DNA of 64,000 bases. It comes from Candidatus Dojkabacteria bacterium (GTDB taxonomy: Bacteria; Patescibacteriota; Dojkabacteria; SC72). Shown here one piece after another: positions 56,794-64,000 of this stretch; position 1 is the first letter of the stretch, and each line of letters opens with the position of its first letter. The position numbers were made by a program, and so were the translations under genes. Under the pieces are notes generated by a model. It did no database searches. It worked only from the letters and a program-made list of their open reading frames with translations, and was not told where the DNA came from. Location: assembly GCA_050950165.1 (NCBI GenBank), contig JBMNHC010000001.1, forward strand, positions 657,073 through 721,072, in the 5' to 3' direction.

Positions 56794-58014
56794 CTATTCC
56801 ATAATCTCTATCAGACTCTGCTCTATTAAAGTATTGAAACCAGAAAAAGCCCTATCTCCAGCAAATATTATCGGATAGTAAGCAAACTCTTCAGAGACTC
56901 CTTCGCTTGATGTAAAACCTTCCCTATACTCAGTAAATTTACTCACAAACTCCTCATCTCCTACTTTGTACTCCACATACTCATAGCCTTTCTCTTCTAA
57001 AAAGTTAAGAGCATCCAAACACATAGCTCCTATTCCATTATGAAATATTACGATTTTATCTACATCTTTCTCTCCTACATCCTGCACAGAAGATTGAGTA
57101 AGATCTTGAACTGCACAAGGATTAGATACATCTTCCTCATCTTCTATAGGGATTGCTGGATGAGGAGTATCGTACTGTACTTCTCGATTATTCGGAATCT
57201 CTGCATAACTACTAGTTATATCTACCTTCCCAAATTCATCCAACTTGACCCAATCTACATTCGCTTTATCAAAAAATTTTAAATATGTATCATTCCACTC
57301 TCTTTTTAACCCACCAATATATGTATGCGAGACTGGTGAAATTTTTTCATACTTAAGAGCTCCAAACAACTCTTTCTCAAAATCCTCAGGTCTTCCCTCT
57401 CTTGCCCAATAGCTGTAGTCACAGAGACTACCTGTTCCCCACTTCTGTGAATCTACATTGGATACTGAAAATATTTTTACCTCATACTCCTTAGGTTTGT
57501 ACACAGTTGCCTTTGCTCCAGTAGTACCTCTTGCAAATACATACTCAATACCTAACTCTTGTGCTGCTTTAATAGTATTTTCATCATATCCAAAATATTT
57601 AGACCCAAATACCCTTATCTCCTTGCCTGTACACGCCTCTATCTTCTCTTTTGTTTCTTTCATAACAGAGAGCTGTTCCTCATACGGAATATCCCAATAC
57701 GGCCTAGAAGCATCTACCCCTGCTATTTCAATATCATGATATGAAAGTATTGCATTAATGGTATTACAGTTCTCAGTTACAAAACCTGAACTTACAACAA
57801 GCAGAGCAGGAATATCTCTCTCTTTAATATTATCTACAAAATTAACTAAACCCTCTGTTCCTTCAAACTCAATTAAAAGCATCAACCCTTTTGTTTTACT
57901 CTCTACATCAGGTTGTGTACCTCTCCCCTTATTCTTAAGAAATATGAGAAGAGAAAAAAGAATAAGAAGTAAAAACAGAACAATACTGGAAATAATGAAT
58001 ATCCACTTCTTCAT
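56794..58014 (-). CDS. Membrane-anchored polysaccharide-deacetylase-like protein with C-terminal glutaredoxin-like domain
   Basis: TM; degenerate CE4-like barrel; C-terminal FH...MC...YPIIF...SGF. Confidence 0.55.
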   Translation of the reverse strand: MKKWIFIISSIVLFLLLILFSLLIFLKNKGRGTQPDVESKTKGLMLLIEFEGTEGLVNFVDNIKERDIPALLVVSSGFVTENCNTINAILSYHDIEIAGVDASRPYWDIPYEEQLSVMKETKEKIEACTGKEIRVFGSKYFGYDENTIKAAQELGIEYVFARGTTGAKATVYKPKEYEVKIFSVSNVDSQKWGTGSLCDYSYWAREGRPEDFEKELFGALKYEKISPVSHTYIGGLKREWNDTYLKFFDKANVDWVKLDEFGKVDITSSYAEIPNNREVQYDTPHPAIPIEDEEDVSNPCAVQDLTQSSVQDVGEKDVDKIVIFHNGIGAMCLDALNFLEEKGYEYVEYKVGDEEFVSKFTEYREGFTSSEGVSEEFAYYPIIFAGDRAFSGFNTLIEQSLIEIME

Positions 58015-58067
58015 AGATACCTCTTTTAAAAGTAAAATGTCAAAAATAGTATAACAGAAAATTGAGA

Positions 58068-58141
58068 TGGTTGCGGGACATAGATTCGAACTATGATTCT
58101 CGGCTTCAAAGGCCGGTGTCCTACCATTAGACGATCCCGCA
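58068..58141 (-). tRNA. tRNA-Gln(TTG) with encoded CCA
   Basis: TGCGGGA...CGGC-CTTTGAA-GCCG...TTCGAAT...TCCCGCA-A-CCA. Confidence 0.95.
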
Positions 58142-58212
58142 AAGACTAGTAATTATACTATACTGTATTCGTAATTGAAATTTCTTCATATTCTAAGTAA
58201 TCTATAATATCT

Positions 58213-59289
58213 ATGAAAAGACCTAAAAGTAGTGGTAAAAAAGCTAGTCCTATTAAAATGCCAAAAGGTAGTAAGACACAGATAGTAAGAAGAAGAAAAG
58301 CTTTTAAACTTTCTAACATATTCAAAAGAAACAAGTATGAGAGAAGAAGAGGAATAAACAGGAAGTATATATTCTTTCCTCTAATGGTAATACTTCCTAT
58401 CGTTATAATATTTTTCTCTATAAAATATGTATCCTTCCTAAGAGAAGATCCTGATATTAAAGATTATCAGATAGGGGATGTATTAGGTCTAGAGGGAATC
58501 CCTGAATATCCTAATTCATATTTTCTTTTTCAGAATAACTTAAATGATTCAATAGTTAAAGAGTTTCTCTTTACTGGAAACTCTGCATACAGGTTAGATG
58601 AAGATAAAGGTAGTGAAGAGATTGAGCAATATTACAAAGAAGTACTACCAAAATCTGGTTGGGAGTTAGTTGAAGAGGTTGCTTTAGGTACAGAGGATAA
58701 AAAATATGGACAGTATTGGATTAAAGAAGGTAAGGGATTAAGAATATACAAAAAATTTAAAGATATATGGTACGAAAGTATTACAGAAGAGGAAGCAAAA
58801 AATGCTCTCTCTAACAGAGTAAAAGATGCTATAGAGAGAGAGATGTTAATGGCTAGTAGTGAAAAACAGAGCCTTTTACCTGACTATCCTTGGAGAATAG
58901 AGATACCTAAAGAATATATAATTAAGTATAGTGCAACTGGCATTAAAGACTTTAGAGCTGTATCATTTCAGAAGCTTGGAAGTAGTGATATTGTAGAGAT
59001 ATTTCCTGTTTCAAAAATAGGTAAAGAATTAGACTTCGTTTTAGAAGACTACTGTAAACTTAAAAGTACAGAAGATACTAAATATTCGATAGTAAATACT
59101 GTTCCCATTAGCTTTAGAGAATATTTAGCATTAAAAGGAACTGTATCATATCCTACAGGTATTTTAGAGATAGCGGTTGTACCTAATAGTTATAACTCTA
59201 TGGTTTATGTTATCTCTTCTACTAAACAGAACGACCCTCTCTTTGGATATATTCTAGAAAATATCACGCCTATGGATAATGCTAATTAA
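58213..59289 (+). CDS. Hypothetical single-pass membrane protein
   Basis: Basic N-terminus, TM helix, extracellular domain. Confidence 0.65.
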   Translation: MKRPKSSGKKASPIKMPKGSKTQIVRRRKAFKLSNIFKRNKYERRRGINRKYIFFPLMVILPIVIIFFSIKYVSFLREDPDIKDYQIGDVLGLEGIPEYPNSYFLFQNNLNDSIVKEFLFTGNSAYRLDEDKGSEEIEQYYKEVLPKSGWELVEEVALGTEDKKYGQYWIKEGKGLRIYKKFKDIWYESITEEEAKNALSNRVKDAIEREMLMASSEKQSLLPDYPWRIEIPKEYIIKYSATGIKDFRAVSFQKLGSSDIVEIFPVSKIGKELDFVLEDYCKLKSTEDTKYSIVNTVPISFREYLALKGTVSYPTGILEIAVVPNSYNSMVYVISSTKQNDPLFGYILENITPMDNAN

Positions 59290-60761
59290 GAGAGAGTCTT
59301 TTTAATACTCTCAGATACTTTTCTATTCTTTACTACACTATCTATCTGTTCTACTGTTGCCTTCTTTATACCATCTATACTCTTAAATTTTTTAATTAGC
59401 TTCTCTCTTCTTTTTTTACCTACTCCAACGATAGTATCTAGAATAGATTTTTTGGCTTCAACAATACTTCTTCTTCTGTAGTAAGAGATAGCAAATCTAT
59501 GTGCTTCGTTTCTTAAATCTATTAATATCTCAGGACTGCTAAGCTCCATACTATATACCTTTCCATCTCTAACAATCCAAAACTCATCTCTTTTCATTCC
59601 CCCACTTCTTGCTATCCTCTTGCCCTTTGAAATACCAATAACCAGTATATTGGAAGGAACAGTATCAGCAAGAGCGAAGAGTTGAGACTTACCCCCATCT
59701 ATTAAAACTATCTCTGGTCTTCTACTTAAACTCTTGTCCTTTTCTTTCCCAATATGACTAACTCTTCTTGTTAATACTTCTTTTAACATAGCTGGGTCAT
59801 CTGGAGTATCTTTACCTCTAATCTTAAATATTCTATATGCGGATCTATCCAATTTTCCGTCAGTAGCTACAACCATAGAACCGTACGCATGTTTTCCTTG
59901 AATATTAGAGATATCATAGCATTCAATACGATTAAGTCTTTCTAATCCAAGCTCTAATTGTAAAATATCAAAACTACTCTTCCTTGTAATCTCTCTTCTA
60001 CTTTTGTAATTTTCTAAATCATCGTAATATGTAAACTCAATATTCTCTCCAATATATCTAAGATCTTTAATTCTATCTCTTAGCTGAGCTGCCTTTTCAA
60101 AATTTTCATCTTTAGAATAACTAGCCATCTCTCTTTCTAACCTCTTAATATGGTTCTCTTTCTTACCACTAAGGAATTTAATAATATTGTTTATATTCTC
60201 TCTGTAATCTTTTTTGGATATTGCTCCAACATATGGACCAGGACAGAGCCCTATATGGAAATCTAAAGAGTTTTTACAGTTCTTTCTCTTACAAGTACAG
60301 AATGGATATATCTTTCTAAGATATGAATATACTCTTTTAATCGTATATCCACTTGGATAAGGACCAAACATTCTACCTCTTTTATACTCTCCCTTTTTAA
60401 TACTTCTTACAACTTTAACAGTAGGAAATTCATCCTTAGTAGTAATGTATATCCAAGCGTAGGACTTATCATCTCTCAAATCTGAGTTAAAAGGAGGCTT
60501 TAATTTTCTAATCAGAGCAGACTCTAATACCAGTGCCTCTATCTCATTGTTAGTTTCCTGTATCTCTATATCCACTACAAGAGGCATCATATGTTTGACC
60601 TTTGGTCTCTCGTACAGATCCTCTCTAAAATATGAAGATACTCTCGCCCTTAGATCTGCAGCTTTACCAATATACAAAATATTCCTATCTTTATCTAAAA
60701 ACTTATACACACCAGTAGTATGAGGGAGTGTATCTATTTTAACTTTAAGGTTATTTCTCAT
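59286..60761 (-). CDS. uvrC: Excinuclease ABC subunit C
   Basis: GIY-YIG (GVY...YIGKA), UVR domain, IECYDIS, LIDGG..Q, EAHRFA, HhH. Confidence 0.95.
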   Translation of the reverse strand: MRNNLKVKIDTLPHTTGVYKFLDKDRNILYIGKAADLRARVSSYFREDLYERPKVKHMMPLVVDIEIQETNNEIEALVLESALIRKLKPPFNSDLRDDKSYAWIYITTKDEFPTVKVVRSIKKGEYKRGRMFGPYPSGYTIKRVYSYLRKIYPFCTCKRKNCKNSLDFHIGLCPGPYVGAISKKDYRENINNIIKFLSGKKENHIKRLEREMASYSKDENFEKAAQLRDRIKDLRYIGENIEFTYYDDLENYKSRREITRKSSFDILQLELGLERLNRIECYDISNIQGKHAYGSMVVATDGKLDRSAYRIFKIRGKDTPDDPAMLKEVLTRRVSHIGKEKDKSLSRRPEIVLIDGGKSQLFALADTVPSNILVIGISKGKRIARSGGMKRDEFWIVRDGKVYSMELSSPEILIDLRNEAHRFAISYYRRRSIVEAKKSILDTIVGVGKKRREKLIKKFKSIDGIKKATVEQIDSVVKNRKVSESIKKTLS

Positions 60762-60774
60762 CCCATATTATACC

Positions 60775-63700
60775 TTAGAATCGCCTTAACCATCGTTTAG
60801 TCTCACTATCCAACAAAATTTTCTTCTCTAGTACAACGGACTTTGTCTTCTTACCATCATTTACTATTATCTTAACAGCGGTATCTCCATCACTACTAGC
60901 AATATATTCTTTTAGCTCTTTTATCTCCTCACGGGTATGAGTGGGTCTAATTCTAAATGCTACTCCATCAAACTTGCTTCCATGAGTATCTTCATCTATA
61001 TACGTTATAGTATCTACAATGATACTTTTTTCTTCATCTCTAATATTAATATTACCTTTCAAAAGAGCAGGCTTTCCTTCTACTAGAGTATTTTTAACTA
61101 ATTGGTAGGTTCTAGGAAAAAGAATTGATGGTGCTGTTGCAGATTTATCTTCTATTGTTAAGAAAGCCATAATTTCACCCTTTTTAGTAGTAATCTTTCT
61201 AATTTTGTTAATCATAACGCCAAGTAAAACAGAGACCCTGTTCTTCTTCTCAAGCGCATCTCTAACAGATATTACTGATTCAGATTCAAAATATTCTTGG
61301 AAACTATCAAGAGGATGACTAGAGAAATATAGCCCTAGGAGATCTTTCTCCCACTGTAGTATCTGATACTTAGCAACTTTCTCTACATCTGGAAGTACAG
61401 TAGCCTCTACAGACAGGGTATCTTTGCTCATACTGAAAATATCTATCTGTCCAACACTCTGTGCTGAACTACTCTTTTTTACTCTATCAAATATTGTTGG
61501 TAAGACATACAACAGAGCACCTCTCTCTCCAAACTCATCCATTGTTCCAGACATAATGAGATACTCTATCGCTCTTTTCTGTACACCCTTCTTAACAGTT
61601 CTCTCTACAAAATCGTCCAAGTTCTTATACTCCCCTCTCTCCTTTCTCTCTTCCACTATTGCTTTAACTATATCCTCCCCTATATTCTTTATTCCACCTA
61701 AACCAAATCTAATACTACTATCTCCTTCAATATTAAAATGTACTTTACTTTTGTTAATAGTTGGAGGCAAAACATCTATACCTAATCTCTCACACTCTCC
61801 CAAATCTATAATTACCCTATCAAAGTTATCCAAGTCTCCTTCAAGAAGTGCAGCCATATATTCAAGAGGATAGTGGGCTTTAAGATATGCAGTCCAGTAT
61901 GCAATAGTGGCATACGATGCACTATGTGCTTTATTAAATCCATAGTTTGCAAACTGTAATAGCTTCTCCCACAGCCTCTCTGTCTTCTCCTTGGGAAATC
62001 CTTTTTTAAGAGCACCTTCTATAAATTTTGGCTTCTCCTGTTCCATAACATGCATTAACTTTTTACCCATTGCACGCCTCAATATATCTGCAGCACCTAG
62101 GGTATACCCTCCCACTATCTCTGCAATTTTCATTACCTGCTCTTGGTATGTAATTACTCCGTTAGTAATCTTTAAAACACTCTCTAGCTCTGGGAAGATA
62201 TAGCTGGGCTCTTGCTCTCCTCTCTTTACTGCTACATACTCAGAAATATATTGCATAGGACCAGGACGATATGCAGCAAGTAGATAGCATATATCTTCAA
62301 GATTCTCTGGTTGCAGTGCTTTTATACTTCTCTTCATACCATCACTTTCCAACTGAAATACTCCCACAGTATGCCCACTTCTAATTAACTCAAATGTCTT
62401 CTTATCATTATGATCTATTTTAAACAGGTCAACATCTTCTTGTCTATTTACCCTGATTTTAATCAATGCCTCACCAATGACATTTAGGTTCCTAAGACCA
62501 AGAAAATCTAATTTTAATAGCCCAACATACTCTAAATCTGTCATTTCAAACTGCGTCATACCTATCCCACCACCATGAGAATCTCTTTGTATTGGACAGT
62601 AATTTACAACAGGCTCGGGAGTGACAATGATGCCACAAGCGTGAGTAGAGATACCTCTACAGATTCCAGATACCTTTCTTACAATATTTACAAGCTCTAA
62701 CATTTTTTCAGATGAGTTAATTATCTCTGCAAACTCAGGATTATTCTCGATCATGTAGTCTATACCCTTCGCTTTTCCAAACACTATCTGTACCATCTTT
62801 GCCAACCTATCTGTTACAGCTAACTCAATACCCAAAACCCTTCCAACATCTTTAATGGCTTGACGAGTTTGCAACCTACTAAATGTCCCTATCTGTTTTA
62901 CATTATCCAAACCATACTTCTCTATTGTGTAGTTAAGAACCTCATCTCTTCTTTTATCTGCAATATCCAGATCAAAGTCAGGAGGAGAGTCTCTCTCAGG
63001 ATTAAGGAATCTTTCAAAGTACAATTCCCAACCCATCGGCTCAATATCTGTAATATCTACACAGTATGCTACTAAAGATCCACAACCAGAACCTCTCATT
63101 CCGATTACAATATTGTTCTTTCTACAAAATATTACAAAATCTCTAACAACGAGAAAGTAATCATTATATGCTTTGTCATCTATAACTCTCAGCTCATACT
63201 CTAGTCTCTCTTTAAGATCCTTTGTTAGTTTTCCATATTTCTTCTTAGCTCCCTTTACAGCTAACTCTTTTAGATATGAAGCAGGAGTATATCCATCTGG
63301 AAGATCTAAATAGTGGGGCTCCACTCTACCAAAGGTGATATCAAAACTCTCAATACTATCTGTAATCTTCTGTGTATTCTCTATAGCCTCTGGTAGATCT
63401 TTAAAAAGCTCTTTCATCTGCTCAGGAGTCTTAACATAGAATTCGTTAGTCTCCATCTTTCGTCTAGTAGGATCATCCCAGACCTTACCATCATTAATTG
63501 CCCAAAGTATCTCTTGAATATATGCATCCTCTTTATCTAAATAGTGTGCATCACATGTAGCAACTAGAGGAAGATTTAACTCTCTTGCCACCTTTATTAA
63601 AGAAGGATTAATCTCTTCCTGCTCTTTCATTCCATTTCTCTGTATCTCAATGTAAAAAGAATCTTTAAAAAGCTCAGCATATCTCTTAGCCTCCTCAATT

Positions 63701-64000
63701 GCTTTTTCATAGTTACCTTCAAGCAGAGGCTTAGCAACTGGACCAGCTAAACAACCAGAAAGAACTATTAATCCCTTGTTATACTTACTTAGAGTCTCAA
63801 AATCTATCCTAGGTTTGTAGTAGAAACCCTCCATATGTGCCAAAGATACAATCTTTATTAAATTCTTGTACCCTTCTAAATTCTTAGCTAACACAGTAAT
63901 ATGGTTATACTTATTATCTATCCCATACTCTTTCTTTGACATCTCTCTTGGAGCAACATATATCTCACACCCAATTATCGGTTTAAGATTTGCACCTTCC
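60775..64000 (-). CDS. dnaE: DNA polymerase III alpha subunit (N-terminus beyond the window edge)
   Basis: PHP domain, RGSG.GSLV, PDFDLD, STHACG, YGFNKAHS. Confidence 0.96.
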   Translation of the reverse strand, partial: EGANLKPIIGCEIYVAPREMSKKEYGIDNKYNHITVLAKNLEGYKNLIKIVSLAHMEGFYYKPRIDFETLSKYNKGLIVLSGCLAGPVAKPLLEGNYEKAIEEAKRYAELFKDSFYIEIQRNGMKEQEEINPSLIKVARELNLPLVATCDAHYLDKEDAYIQEILWAINDGKVWDDPTRRKMETNEFYVKTPEQMKELFKDLPEAIENTQKITDSIESFDITFGRVEPHYLDLPDGYTPASYLKELAVKGAKKKYGKLTKDLKERLEYELRVIDDKAYNDYFLVVRDFVIFCRKNNIVIGMRGSGCGSLVAYCVDITDIEPMGWELYFERFLNPERDSPPDFDLDIADKRRDEVLNYTIEKYGLDNVKQIGTFSRLQTRQAIKDVGRVLGIELAVTDRLAKMVQIVFGKAKGIDYMIENNPEFAEIINSSEKMLELVNIVRKVSGICRGISTHACGIIVTPEPVVNYCPIQRDSHGGGIGMTQFEMTDLEYVGLLKLDFLGLRNLNVIGEALIKIRVNRQEDVDLFKIDHNDKKTFELIRSGHTVGVFQLESDGMKRSIKALQPENLEDICYLLAAYRPGPMQYISEYVAVKRGEQEPSYIFPELESVLKITNGVITYQEQVMKIAEIVGGYTLGAADILRRAMGKKLMHVMEQEKPKFIEGALKKGFPKEKTERLWEKLLQFANYGFNKAHSASYATIAYWTAYLKAHYPLEYMAALLEGDLDNFDRVIIDLGECERLGIDVLPPTINKSKVHFNIEGDSSIRFGLGGIKNIGEDIVKAIVEERKERGEYKNLDDFVERTVKKGVQKRAIEYLIMSGTMDEFGERGALLYVLPTIFDRVKKSSSAQSVGQIDIFSMSKDTLSVEATVLPDVEKVAKYQILQWEKDLLGLYFSSHPLDSFQEYFESESVISVRDALEKKNRVSVLLGVMINKIRKITTKKGEIMAFLTIEDKSATAPSILFPRTYQLVKNTLVEGKPALLKGNINIRDEEKSIIVDTITYIDEDTHGSKFDGVAFRIRPTHTREEIKELKEYIASSDGDTAVKIIVNDGKKTKSVVLEKKILLDSETKRWLRRF

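Noticed and set aside
1-64000. Alternative genetic code 25 (TGA=Gly) and the many short antisense ORFs
   Set aside because: Long conserved genes are intact under code 11 and TGA ends genes (2255-2257, 13692-13694); the short overlapping ORFs lie within or opposite well-supported genes

Overview
A 64-kb, low-GC bacterial chromosomal window using genetic code 11. Gene content, leaderless or SD-less translation starts, Cys-rich surface proteins and a fermentative PFOR/ACD module suggest a CPR/Patescibacteria genome, possibly Dojkabacteria-like (inference). The window opens with a defence island: type I HsdR 3' part, a NucS-like nuclease, a CdiA-C-like PD-(D/E)xK toxin and a DUF3800 protein. An accessory region with tandem paralogues and orphan genes follows up to tRNA-His. 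The rest is mostly housekeeping: pyrG, ACD, PFOR, obg, map, trxB, nrdR-nrdD(intein)-nrdG, lexA, rsmI, mutL, uvrB, uvrC, dnaE, tRNA-Pro and tRNA-Gln, plus large surface proteins. Main highlights: (1) five orphan single-gene units with strongly structured UTRs; in four the transcript 5' end pairs with the sequence at or just after the stop codon, and four have a strong SD in a largely SD-less genome; (2) two putative toxin genes, each met head-on by a promoter-driven small structured RNA (candidate RNA antitoxins); (3) an NrdD with a Pro1/Cys-F4 class-3-like intein and a separately encoded 45-aa glycyl-radical peptide; (4) a CTP synthase lacking its glutaminase Cys, next to a deaminase. All calls were made by eye; no searches or folding programs were run.
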